Positions 29,825-39,428 are shown, counted from the stretch's first letter. The stretch is 64,000 nucleotides of DNA from Prevotellaceae bacterium UBA1726 (GCA_002316005.1 DCIM01000049.1:464-64463), one strand, 5' to 3'. The notes: generated from the sequence alone by a model not told the origin. Numbers and translations are program-made.

Positions 29825-31330
29825 ATGAAAAAGATTTTTATTGGTGCAATGTTGTTGGCAAGCATGTCGGCATTTGCTCAGGAAACATATCAGAATGCAG
29901 AAATCGCAACTGAGGATCTCAATGGTACAGCACGTTACATCGGTATGGGTGGTGCCATGGAAGCTCTTGGAGCTGATATCTCTACAATCGGCACTAACCC
30001 TGCTGGTGTGGGAATGTTCCGTCGCTCACAGGTATCTGTATCTGCAGGCTTAGTATCTCCTAAGAACGATGACGCACGAATGAGCTTTGACCAGATCGGT
30101 TTTGTTTGGTCGCAGCGAATGGGCGAGAGAAGCTACATGAATCTTGGATTCAACTACCACAAGAACCGCAACTTCAATGGCATCCTCTCTACTGCAGATA
30201 AACTGTATAATGCTTCGCAGAACAAGCTCACTGCTGCTAAGGGCTATGAGGGAGTCTTTGACTACGACAACTGCTACACACAGGTTGACTACCTCAACGA
30301 GAATACTCTTGGTCTTTATGATGAGTTTGATGGTTGGACTTTCTATGAGGGTACTGACTATGTGTTCTCAAAGGAGACAAGAGGCTATGTTGGCGAGTAC
30401 GACTTCAATATCTCTGGTAATATCAGCGATCGCGTTTACCTCGGTCTTACAATGGGCCTTAAGGATATAAGCTATGATTCCTGGACCAACTACACAGAAA
30501 ACCTCTACAATTATGTAGGTACGGGTATTGGTAGCGTGAACTTGCAGGATCACCGTCGTATCTCTGGTAATGGTGTGAATGTAAAGGCTGGTATTATTGT
30601 GTTCCCAATCGAGGATAGCTCATTCCGTATTGGTGCAAATGTTGCAACTCCAACATGGTACGACCTCACAACTTCAAACTATACAAAATTGTATAATAAT
30701 CTTGATAAGGAATATGGTGCTTATGACACAGGTAGCAATGACGAGAACTATGACTATCGTGTATTCACTCCTTGGAAGTTTGGTCTTTCTGCTGGTATGA
30801 CCGTTGGTACACAGCTCGCACTTGGTGCATCTTATGAGTTTGCAAACTACAATGGTCTCCAGTCACGTATCCTCGAAGGTGGCTCTGCATACGACAATGT
30901 TCGCAGTTACAAGGATAAGGTGATGGGCGAGAACACAAAGGATGCTCTTAATGGTGTTCACACTCTCAAGGTAGGTGCTGAGTACAAGGTTACTCCTCAG
31001 TTTGCCCTTCGTGCTGGTTACAACTTCGTATCTACAATGTACAACAAGGACGGCTATCGTGATGGCGCTCTCAACAGCCCTGGTACATACTACTCTTCAA
31101 CAACAGACTATACCAACTGGAAGGCTACTGACCGCGTGACTCTCGGTGCTGGTTATTCATTCGGTTCTTTCGGTGTTGATGTTGCTTATCAGTTCACAAC
31201 ACAGAAGGGTGAGTTCTATCCATTCATGTCTTACTACGGTGATACAGAAGCTGACAACTGTGTAGGTAATGCTGTTGATGTAAAGAACAACCGCCATCAG
31301 GTTGTAGCAACATTGTCTTACAAGTTCTAA
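29825..31330 (+). CDS. OmpP1/FadL-like outer-membrane beta-barrel
   Basis: GTARYIGMGGA...NPAG hatch motif; C-terminal SYKF beta-signal. Confidence 0.85.
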   Translation: MKKIFIGAMLLASMSAFAQETYQNAEIATEDLNGTARYIGMGGAMEALGADISTIGTNPAGVGMFRRSQVSVSAGLVSPKNDDARMSFDQIGFVWSQRMGERSYMNLGFNYHKNRNFNGILSTADKLYNASQNKLTAAKGYEGVFDYDNCYTQVDYLNENTLGLYDEFDGWTFYEGTDYVFSKETRGYVGEYDFNISGNISDRVYLGLTMGLKDISYDSWTNYTENLYNYVGTGIGSVNLQDHRRISGNGVNVKAGIIVFPIEDSSFRIGANVATPTWYDLTTSNYTKLYNNLDKEYGAYDTGSNDENYDYRVFTPWKFGLSAGMTVGTQLALGASYEFANYNGLQSRILEGGSAYDNVRSYKDKVMGENTKDALNGVHTLKVGAEYKVTPQFALRAGYNFVSTMYNKDGYRDGALNSPGTYYSSTTDYTNWKATDRVTLGAGYSFGSFGVDVAYQFTTQKGEFYPFMSYYGDTEADNCVGNAVDVKNNRHQVVATLSYKF

Positions 31331-31334
31331 AATA

Positions 31335-31367
31335 GCCCACCCAAGCCCTCCCAAAGGGAGGGATGTT
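31335..31367 (+). repeat. REP-like palindrome identical to 11523-11555
   Basis: gcccacccaagccctcccaaagggagggatgtt, 33/33 identical. Confidence 0.85.
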
Positions 31368-31400
31368 ATATACTCATGAAAATGGGTGGGGTAATACATA

Positions 31401-31470
31401 AAAGAAAAAAGGAGCATCCAAAACGGGTGCTCCTTATTTGTTTGGTGCGGCGAGATATTATCTCGTCGTT
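31401..31470. terminator. Double-hairpin bidirectional terminator block (copy 1)
   Basis: aaggagcatcc..gggtgctcctt plus gcggcgagata..tatctcgtcgt between convergent genes. Confidence 0.7.
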
Positions 31471-31471
31471 T

Positions 31472-32917
31472 TTATTTCTTGAGGATTGCCAGGATATGAT
31501 CCCAAACCATCTGAACGGTAGGAATCAGCAGTTTCTCTTCTGGTGTGTGGACATGGCGAAGGGTAGGGCCGAAACTTACCATATCCATGTCTGGATAGCG
31601 CTCTGAGAACAAACCGCACTCCAATCCAGCGTGAATACCGAGTACCAATGGGTCCTTCTTAAAGAGTTCCTTGTAAGTATCGACAACAAGTTCGGTCAAC
31701 TTACTGTTTGGATTCATCTTCCAAGCAGGATAGCCTTCGCCCTGAACAACCTCAGCACCAGCCAACTGGAACAAAGCCTTCACTGTTGCACACATATTGT
31801 CAAGATTGCTCATCACGCAACTACGCTGCGAAGCCACAACCTTGCATTCTGTGTCTGTAGTGCAAACGCTTGCCACATTGCTCGAAGTCTCTACAAGCCA
31901 TGCCAATTCTTCGTCCTGACACATTGCAAATACACCATTGTCAACAGCCTGAAGGGCACGGATGATATTGTCGCTTACAGACTTTGGCAATACTGCCTGA
32001 GCATCTGTGCTCTGGAGGAAGAACTCCATGTCCTTCTCTGTCACATGATATTCGTCCTCAACCTTTGCGGTATATACATTCCAGTCAACGCGAATCTGCT
32101 CCTTTTGGGCCATAGGGATTGCAACAACGACCTTTCCGTCACGAGGAATTGCATTGTGAGCCTTACCAGAATTGAATGAACACAACTGAACGCCAAACTT
32201 CTCGTTTTCCTCATAGAGGAATCGTGCGAGAACCTTGATGGCGTTAGCACGCTTCTTGTTGATGTCGTCGCCTGAGTGACCACCGAAAAGACCCTTCAAA
32301 CTGATTTCAACAAAGAAACTGCCTGCTGCTGCCTCTTCCTTCTCATAGCGGAATGTAGCGTTGGTGTTGCGACCACCGGCACATGAAACGAAAATCTGTC
32401 CTTCGTCCTCTGAGTCGAGGTTGATGAGCCACTTGCCAGTCATGAAACCCGACTGAAGTCCTTCTGCACCGGTCAATCCAGTCTCCTCGTCAACAGTGAA
32501 GAGGCACTCGATAGGACCATGCTCAATGTCGTTTGCATCGAGGAGGGCAAGTTCAATAGCACAACCAATACCATCGTCAGCACCAAGTGTAGTGCCGTTA
32601 GCCTTCAGCCACTCACCATCGACATAAGTCTCGATTGGGTCGTTCAAGAAGTCAATCTTTCTTTCTGGCACATTCTCGCAAACCATGTCCATATGGCTCT
32701 GCAGAACGATGCAAGGCTTGTTCTCGTAACCAGGAGTGGCACTCTTGCGAATAAGCACATTACCGGTTTCGTCAACGAGAGTTTCCAAACCGCGGCTTTC
32801 ACCAAACTCCTTCAAGTACGCAATCATCTTCTCCTCGTGTTTCGACTGGCGAGGAATCTGATTGATTTTTGCAAACTGCTCAAATACCAGAGCAGGCTTA
32901 AGTTCAATTTTTTCCAT
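31472..32917 (-). CDS. pepD: Aminoacyl-histidine dipeptidase (M20C)
   Basis: LQSHMDMV, GTTLGADDGIG, DEETGL, NLDSE, GGHSG, HAGLECG. Confidence 0.95.
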   Translation of the reverse strand: MEKIELKPALVFEQFAKINQIPRQSKHEEKMIAYLKEFGESRGLETLVDETGNVLIRKSATPGYENKPCIVLQSHMDMVCENVPERKIDFLNDPIETYVDGEWLKANGTTLGADDGIGCAIELALLDANDIEHGPIECLFTVDEETGLTGAEGLQSGFMTGKWLINLDSEDEGQIFVSCAGGRNTNATFRYEKEEAAAGSFFVEISLKGLFGGHSGDDINKKRANAIKVLARFLYEENEKFGVQLCSFNSGKAHNAIPRDGKVVVAIPMAQKEQIRVDWNVYTAKVEDEYHVTEKDMEFFLQSTDAQAVLPKSVSDNIIRALQAVDNGVFAMCQDEELAWLVETSSNVASVCTTDTECKVVASQRSCVMSNLDNMCATVKALFQLAGAEVVQGEGYPAWKMNPNSKLTELVVDTYKELFKKDPLVLGIHAGLECGLFSERYPDMDMVSFGPTLRHVHTPEEKLLIPTVQMVWDHILAILKK

Positions 32918-33095
32918 TTCGTTATTTTTATTAAATATTGTACACCTATTATATTATTATTAAGCATCAAACAGATTTTGTGGGTAATCTTTATTAAATT
33001 CCCTTAATATTAAAGAGTTTTGATGCTTATTTGAATTATTATTTGTACCTTTGCGTTCGCAAAGTGCAATAAAGCATTTGCAAAAGTAGTAAAAA

Positions 33096-33290
33096 ATGGT
33101 CAAAACTCTGCTCCTAAGCATGTTAATAATTGCTATTGCCATAGCATTATTGTGTGTAAAACTACTGTTTCGCAAGAATGGAGAGTTCACTTCGATGCAT
33201 ATCCACGACTCTCAGGCAATGAAAGACCGTGGCATAGACTGCGTTATGGAACAGGATCAGAAAGCCCAGAAAGAGGGTAGGGCGACATAA
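33096..33290 (+). CDS. Small membrane protein (64 aa)
   Basis: N-terminal TM helix; TACCTTTG -7 box upstream; precedes ompH. Confidence 0.65.
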   Translation: MVKTLLLSMLIIAIAIALLCVKLLFRKNGEFTSMHIHDSQAMKDRGIDCVMEQDQKAQKEGRAT

Positions 33291-33360
33291 TCGGTCACCC
33301 AAGCTCATCTTGACGGGACCAAGAAAGAAAAAGTATAAACAATTAATAAATCAAAAGAAA

Positions 33361-33960
33361 ATGAAGAAAGTATTCATGGCACTTGCATGTGTTGCAGTGC
33401 TCGCATCTTGCAACAATGCACCAAAGGCTAATGATGAGCAGTCAGCAGCAGCTCCTTCAAACGAGTTGAAGATTGCTTTTGTTGAGGTTGACTCAATCAT
33501 GACTCAGTACACATTCTCGAAGGAGTATCAGGAAGTTCTCCAGAAGAAGGCAAACAACATCCAGAGCACACTCGCTGCTAAGCAGCAGGCACTCCAGGCA
33601 GCAGCTGCAAAGCTTCAGCAGGACTACCAGGCTAACGCTCTTACACAGGATCAGGCACAGGCTCGTCAGGCTGCTATCCAGAAGCAGGGTCAGGATCTTG
33701 AGGCTCTCAATGCACGCCTTTCTAACGAGTTCCAGACAGAGACAAATAAGTTCAACGAGGCTCTCCGCGACTCTATCCAGAACTACATCAAGGTTTACAA
33801 CAAGGACAAGAACTTCACCCTCATTCTCACAAAGGCTGGTGACAATATCCTCTATGCTGCAAAGGCTCTCGATATCACAAACGAGATTATCGCAGGTCTT
33901 AACAAGGCTTACAAGCCAGCAAAGACTGAGAAGGTAGAGAAGACTGAGGTTAAGAAATAA
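33361..33960 (+). CDS. OmpH/Skp-family chaperone, lipoprotein
   Basis: Lipobox LASC; KIAFVEVDS, coiled coil, DITNEII. Confidence 0.88.
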   Translation: MKKVFMALACVAVLASCNNAPKANDEQSAAAPSNELKIAFVEVDSIMTQYTFSKEYQEVLQKKANNIQSTLAAKQQALQAAAAKLQQDYQANALTQDQAQARQAAIQKQGQDLEALNARLSNEFQTETNKFNEALRDSIQNYIKVYNKDKNFTLILTKAGDNILYAAKALDITNEIIAGLNKAYKPAKTEKVEKTEVKK

Positions 33961-33961
33961 A

Positions 33962-34001
33962 TCCCCTTACCCCAACCCTTTCCCCGCTCGGGGCAAGGGA
34001 G
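33962..34001. repeat. REP-like palindrome
   Basis: ccccttaccccaaccctttccccgctcggggcaagggag. Confidence 0.65.
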
Positions 34002-34008
34002 TGGATAC

Positions 34009-34078
34009 AAAGAAAAAAGGAGCATCCAACCGGGTGCTCCTTATTTTTGTCTTGTGCGGCGAGATATATCTCGTCGTT
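34009..34078. terminator. Double-hairpin bidirectional terminator block (copy 2)
   Basis: Near-identical to 31401-31470. Confidence 0.7.
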
Positions 34079-34080
34079 AA

Positions 34081-34533
34081 TTACTTCTTTTTTATTCTGT
34101 ACTTTCTAATTCCATATTCTACAATGCCCATGGAAATGGCTAATGTAACAAAGAACACAAGAAGGCTAATTATATTGTTGCTTACAGAATCGTTTTCGAA
34201 GTGACCTGTGAAATAATCGTAAATGCCAATTACTATTGTTGTGAGGAATGCCGTAAAAAGAGATTGCCTCACCACATCCTTAATATCCACCTTTGTAGGA
34301 GTCTGTTCTTCTTCCGGCTTATATTCCTCTGCTTCGCGTGAGTCAATGAAGGCACGAGCCTTGTCGTAGTCCTTCTCGTCTACCAGCACATTCACCTCCA
34401 TGGCACCAATGCCACCGTAAACTTGCGACATATTCTCGCCCTGAAGAATACTTTCAATACCCATATCAGCCAAAGCGCCTTTTACCACCTCAGCATCAAA
34501 TGCATTCTTGCATGTAGTAAGTCTTAATACCAT
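34081..34533 (-). CDS. DUF2007 (putative signal-transducing) domain protein with two C-terminal TM helices
   Basis: AEVVKGALADMGIES...VLVDEKDYDKA pattern; start at MVLRL. Confidence 0.75.
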   Translation of the reverse strand: MVLRLTTCKNAFDAEVVKGALADMGIESILQGENMSQVYGGIGAMEVNVLVDEKDYDKARAFIDSREAEEYKPEEEQTPTKVDIKDVVRQSLFTAFLTTIVIGIYDYFTGHFENDSVSNNIISLLVFFVTLAISMGIVEYGIRKYRIKKK

Positions 34534-34670
34534 AGCCTTCTTTTTTATTGTTTTACCTCGCAAAGTTACGATTATTTTTCGTCTTTTTGCCAATATGTCT
34601 AAAAAACTTCAAAATAATTTCCATGTTTGGGAAATATGTAGTAATTTCGCAACTGAAATAAATAGATAGC

Positions 34671-35540
34671 ATGGGGAATGGAATAAGATTCAATATCGCT
34701 ACATTGTTGCTGGGCATCTGCTCAACTGCAGTAATGGCACAGGAAGTTGTGACACGCGACTCCCTGAGTAGCGATATGCCTCGCGAATATAATCCTTCGA
34801 CAATAGATTCCTCGTCAAATGCCGCTTCTGGCTCCCAACCGATAGTTTCTGATTTCCATACTTCGCCTACGAGTCTCGACAATGATAACCACGAGATTGA
34901 CCCTCACGCCTTGGACATATCTGTTGATACGCCAAAGTTGCCTTCGTGGAAAAACGGAATGCTCGTTGGGGGCAATTCCTACTATTCCACCGGCTTTGGA
35001 ATGGGCTACAGCGCTGGTATCATGGCAATACAGAATATGGGGCGTTTCACCCTTTCTGGCAATGCCGGATTGACCAAGGATTACATGGCTGGAATGGGAT
35101 TCTTGAACGGGCTTAATGTTGGGGCTAACCTGTCTTATTCTGTTTCTGATAATGTATCGCTCACGGGATTTGGAGGCATGAGCCATACTGGTTTCATGGG
35201 ACCAGCACCCAACCTCACCAACTTCTATTATGGTGGTTATGTGACGCTCATGACAAACAACCAGAAGTGGGGTATGGACCTTGGCGTGCGCCGCTACTAT
35301 GACGCCACTACGGGCATGTGGACAACGGTTCCTATCGCCATGCCTTACTACAACTGGAACGGCAACAAGATTGGTTTCGACTTTGGCGGTTTGCTTCTCA
35401 ATACTTTCCATGGTCTCGACAAAGCTCTCAACGGCGATCGCTACAATCCTGACAGCAAACTTCCTGGTGGTGGTATCATCATGCCCGAAATCGACACTGC
35501 CCCTCACTTCGGCTCACCCGGAATTCCTTATATAAAATAG
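34671..35540 (+). CDS. Secreted hypothetical protein, probable small beta-barrel
   Basis: Signal peptide; alternating Gly/aromatic strands. Confidence 0.75.
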   Translation: MGNGIRFNIATLLLGICSTAVMAQEVVTRDSLSSDMPREYNPSTIDSSSNAASGSQPIVSDFHTSPTSLDNDNHEIDPHALDISVDTPKLPSWKNGMLVGGNSYYSTGFGMGYSAGIMAIQNMGRFTLSGNAGLTKDYMAGMGFLNGLNVGANLSYSVSDNVSLTGFGGMSHTGFMGPAPNLTNFYYGGYVTLMTNNQKWGMDLGVRRYYDATTGMWTTVPIAMPYYNWNGNKIGFDFGGLLLNTFHGLDKALNGDRYNPDSKLPGGGIIMPEIDTAPHFGSPGIPYIK

Positions 35541-35544
35541 TTTT

Positions 35545-36051
35545 TTAACAACAACTTAACAACAAAAGTGGGTATGGACAATGGTTCTGTTCTCCATATT
35601 TTTGTTTGTTGAAGGGGTAGGGGGTTGTTAGGCGATGTTAACCAAATTGGCAGAAATGTTAAGTTTTAGACTTCTGCAACAAGGCATTTTCCATGCAAAG
35701 AATGGTGAGGACTATAATACTATGCACAATTTCTATGCTTATAACTAATAGAAATAGCTATTATTTTCTCAAATCAAATTATATATAAATACTTAATAAT
35801 CAAACACTTATCTTCTAATTATCTCTAAATTCTCTTTTTTTTGAACCCACCCCTAAACCCATTGTTGTTGTTAAGTTGTTGTTAACTTTTTCTGTGGGCT
35901 TGGAAATTTGAATAGAAAAACCACAGGAAAATAGGGCGATTATCAAAGAAAATCGAGAATTAATCGACTAATGGCGCTTACTGGGAGGTATATTTGTTGA
36001 GAAACTCAATATTTTTGTAACATCAATAATTTAACAACAACTTAACAACAA
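35545..36051. repeat. Three perfect 21-bp repeats TTAACAACAACTTAACAACAA (+,-,+)
   Basis: 35545-35565 (+), 35865-35885 (-), 36031-36051 (+); IHF-consensus AATCAAACACTTA at 35798-35810. Confidence 0.9.
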
Positions 36052-36392
36052 CAACCTGTGTCATAGGTGTGTACGACCTCCTTATAGAAAGACTTGATCC
36101 GGCGCGAGTATAATTATTTTTGATTTTGGAATTTTCTTTACAGATTTTTACCTTAAAATCATTTAAGTTAAATGTTCGCCTCATTCCACTTAAATGAGGA
36201 GGTCATTTCACTTATTAGTGACGATGAAATGGATTAAATGACATTAACTTGCAAATGTGATTGTAACTCTTTGAATATCAGTGTGTTATAATTGGCAACA
36301 TTCGTTCGTTCTCTATTTTTGATAATTTTCTCAATGTGAAAAATCTTTACTGTTATATTTGATTATGTTCTAATCAAGAAATTACACCACTA

Positions 36393-36420
36393 TCTGAAGA
36401 TAATCGGCATTATGATAAAT
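36393..36420 (+). other. Candidate chromosome dimer resolution site dif
   Basis: TCTGAAGATAA-TCGGCA-TTATGATAAAT: 11-6-11 layout, ATAA/TTAT inverted core, right arm 10/11 identical to the E. coli XerD arm TTATGTTAAAT. Confidence 0.65.
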
Positions 36421-36498
36421 AGGGTTTGTGAAATATACTCCCCCTATTTATATTTGTGGAACTTTTGCTCATTTGTCATTATTTCAAATACAAATTAA

Positions 36499-36545
36499 AA
36501 AAAACGAGAGATTTCCCTTGAATTTGAGAATCCCTCGCTTTTTTC
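36499..36545 (-). terminator. Intrinsic terminator of the GH2 gene
   Basis: aaaaaacgagagatt...aatccctcgctttttt hairpin flanked by A and T runs. Confidence 0.55.
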
Positions 36546-36563
36546 TAATGCTTCTTTTCTGCG

Positions 36564-39047
36564 TTATTTGAAGACAATCGTCCTCTTGCTCGTGAATTTC
36601 TTAGTTTTGTCTTTTATCGTTACAACCACACTTCCTGGTTTACCATTCGACTGAACTGTTGCAACGAGCATGCCCTGGAAAAGTTTCATCTTTGGTTGTG
36701 TGAAAACTTCAACGCTTGTTGCATCACCATTGCAAATGCACTTGAAACATCCAGCACCTTTTACCGAAACCTCAATATCATCAGAAGCATTAGGAATCAT
36801 TGTTCCGTTTGCATCGACAAGCGAAACTGTGATGTAAGCAAGGTCGCCTTCCGTTCCAAGGTCCACCACCTCTGGAGCATCGAGTTTCAGGCTCTTAGCC
36901 TTCCCTGCTGTGCGAATTGTCTGCTCCCCTGCCTTGTTGCCGTATTTATCATAACATACGACGGTAATCTCTCCCGGCTCGTAAACGACATTGTTCCAAC
37001 GAAGGCGATAACGGTCGAGAACGCTCTTGTCCTTTGCATAGCGCAAACCGTCTTCCATGCTCATTGTCTCGTCCCAATTGGTCTTGCCTGAGGTCTTGAT
37101 TTTATCCTGCGAAACGTCCTTCTTTATGCGTCCCTGACTCTTGCCATTTACGAACAATTCAGCCTCAGGATAGTCGGTATAGCAGTAAACAGGAGTCACC
37201 TCCCCTACTCTCTCAGGCCATGTCCAATGAGGCAGCAGATGAATGGTATGGTCTTCTGTATTCCATTGTGAGCGATACAGATAATAGCGGTCTTTTGGCA
37301 ATCCGGCAAGGTCGCAAATGCCGAAATATGATGAGCGTGAAGGCCAGTATTCATCGTAAGGGGTTGGTTCACCGAGATAGTCGAAACCAGTCCAAACAAA
37401 CTGTCCAATGGTCCACTCGCGGTCGTCCATCATAAGGAAATCATCATCAGGAACACAACTCCAAGCACAGTATTCAGTATCGTAGCTGGTACATTGTCCG
37501 TCCTCGTAGGTTACTTGCGGTCTTAGTTGAACAGGGAACTTATAAATGCCTCGAGATGAGACTGTTGAAGCGGTCTCTGAACCAAGGATGATCTGTTGTG
37601 GAAGACTCTTTATTCCACGGTCGTAGATATGATCGCGATAGTTATAGCCCGGCACATCCATCACCTGAGCAAAACCATTGCGAATGGCATCATCGGCACT
37701 ATCCATACCCTGTGTGACAGGATGAACACATCGTCCGTCGGCATAGCCATCAAGTTGATGAACAAGCGACTGAAGGCGAACTGCTGTCTGCACGCCCCAT
37801 CCGTCAGTATTGCGCTGTTCTGGAATCTCATTACCAATTGACCACATCACGAGCGAAGTATGATTACGATGGTTGAGTACTAGGTTTGTAATGTCTTTCT
37901 CTGCCCACTCGTCGAAGAACTTGGCATATCCGTTCTTGCACTTAGGATAGCGCCACATATCGAACGATTCGGCCATTACCATCATTCCCAATGAGTCATA
38001 GACCTCCATCTGCATTGTAGAAGGCATATTGTGGGAAGTACGGATGGCGTCACAGCCCATGTCCTTTAGAATCATCACCTGGCGAATGAGTGCAGCCTTA
38101 TTGACGGCAGCACCAAGAGGACCAAGGTCGTGGTGCAGGCAGACGCCTTTGAACTTACGCTTCTGACCATTGAGGAAGAAACCGTTGCTGTTTACTTCCA
38201 CCTGCTTCATACCAACACGGAAGTCTTTCGCAGCGAATGGTTCCCCATCCTTTGGCACGATGCTCACGCGCGCGGTATATAAATAAGGTGTCTCAGGTGT
38301 CCAGAGATGCGGATTGTTTACAGGGAGAGTGAATGAGATATTGCCATTGCCGTCCGACTTGTCCGATGTACCTGTTGCTGCCAGATTGCCATTAGCATCG
38401 AGGAGATCGACATTTATGCGCAGATTTGCGTCCTTTACATTGGTGTTGAAAGTGATTTCCGACTTCTTCACATCTGTGATAATCTGTGTCTTCCACTCAT
38501 CAATGTAGAGACGATCGTGCTGCACAAGTTTCACAGGACGGTAGATGCCACCACCGGGATACCAACGAGAACTCTCCTCAACATTGTCAAGGTTCACTTC
38601 AATAGTGTTTGCGCCAAGTCTCAACTGAGAATTTACATCCAGACGGAAAGCGTTGTAACCGTAAGGCCATCCACCAACATAATGGCTGTTTACCTTCACT
38701 TTGGCATTCGACATAGCACCATCAAACTGCAGTTCGGCTACATCGGTAAGCTTTTCCACCATTACCGTTGTACGATAATAGCCCTTTCCTATCCAAGGCA
38801 GCGAACCCGAACGACCACTCTTCTCTGTGGCTTCCGTTTCACCATTCTGAACGATAGCAACCTTCTGGAGGTCCCATTTCTTGTCGAAAGGTCCGCTAAT
38901 CGCCCAGTCATGAGGAACAGTTACTTGCTGCCAATTCACGCTGTCACGCGAAAATTCCCAGTTGGCAATATTGCTAGTATAGGTGTTTTGTGCGAAAACT
39001 GTGCTGAAGAAAAGCACAAACAAACCAAGAATAGATAATTTTTTCAT
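36564..39047 (-). CDS. GH2 beta-galactosidase-like glycosidase (DUF4982), secreted
   Basis: VPHDW, SRWYPGGGIYR, GVCLHHD, AIRTSHN, WSIGNE, GSET, WTGFDYLGEP. Confidence 0.93.
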   Translation of the reverse strand: MKKLSILGLFVLFFSTVFAQNTYTSNIANWEFSRDSVNWQQVTVPHDWAISGPFDKKWDLQKVAIVQNGETEATEKSGRSGSLPWIGKGYYRTTVMVEKLTDVAELQFDGAMSNAKVKVNSHYVGGWPYGYNAFRLDVNSQLRLGANTIEVNLDNVEESSRWYPGGGIYRPVKLVQHDRLYIDEWKTQIITDVKKSEITFNTNVKDANLRINVDLLDANGNLAATGTSDKSDGNGNISFTLPVNNPHLWTPETPYLYTARVSIVPKDGEPFAAKDFRVGMKQVEVNSNGFFLNGQKRKFKGVCLHHDLGPLGAAVNKAALIRQVMILKDMGCDAIRTSHNMPSTMQMEVYDSLGMMVMAESFDMWRYPKCKNGYAKFFDEWAEKDITNLVLNHRNHTSLVMWSIGNEIPEQRNTDGWGVQTAVRLQSLVHQLDGYADGRCVHPVTQGMDSADDAIRNGFAQVMDVPGYNYRDHIYDRGIKSLPQQIILGSETASTVSSRGIYKFPVQLRPQVTYEDGQCTSYDTEYCAWSCVPDDDFLMMDDREWTIGQFVWTGFDYLGEPTPYDEYWPSRSSYFGICDLAGLPKDRYYLYRSQWNTEDHTIHLLPHWTWPERVGEVTPVYCYTDYPEAELFVNGKSQGRIKKDVSQDKIKTSGKTNWDETMSMEDGLRYAKDKSVLDRYRLRWNNVVYEPGEITVVCYDKYGNKAGEQTIRTAGKAKSLKLDAPEVVDLGTEGDLAYITVSLVDANGTMIPNASDDIEVSVKGAGCFKCICNGDATSVEVFTQPKMKLFQGMLVATVQSNGKPGSVVVTIKDKTKKFTSKRTIVFK

Positions 39048-39201
39048 ATAAACGTGTTTTCTAATTTTCTGCAAAGATAATCAATTTTTGGCAAAAAAAG
39101 GTGAATTTGCTTGATTTAGATTAGGATAATGTAAAGAAACGCGAAAACTTTCAAATTGTGTGGGTACACAATTTTTTTATTGAAAAAAAACACAGAAAAG
39201 A

Positions 39202-39233
39202 TTTGGAGGTAACAATTATTTCCATTATCTTTG
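39202..39233 (+). promoter_or_regulatory. Consensus Bacteroidota sigma-A promoter with no downstream CDS
   Basis: TTTG (39202-39205), 20-bp spacer, TATCTTTG (39226-39233). Confidence 0.7.
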
Positions 39234-39238
39234 CATCG

Positions 39239-39331
39239 TTATCCTGAAAACAATCTTTTTACCTTAAATGTTTGACTAATACCTAAATGACGATAGGAAG
39301 CGGCGTTCGTGAGAACAGCCGTTTTCTTTTT
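39239..39331 (+). ncRNA. Candidate ~90-nt small RNA
   Basis: Lies between the orphan promoter and a GUGA-tetraloop terminator gaagcggcgttc-gtga-gaacagccgttttcttttt. Confidence 0.55.
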
Positions 39332-39389
39332 GTGTTTACCCCTTACCCTTTTTCCTCACTTTTTATCATTCTAAACAATAGAAAATGCA

Positions 39390-39428
39390 AAAAAAGAAGG
39401 ACCTCCTTGCTGGAAGCCCTTCCTTTTA
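39390..39428 (-). terminator. Terminator of the atp operon
   Basis: aaaaagaagg...ccttcctttt hairpin just past the atpG stop. Confidence 0.55.

Noticed and set aside
35545-35885. Invertible promoter (phase variation) between inverted repeats
   Set aside because: Both neighbouring genes terminate here, so there is no gene to switch, and no invertase is nearby; kept only as a test under the repeat finding.
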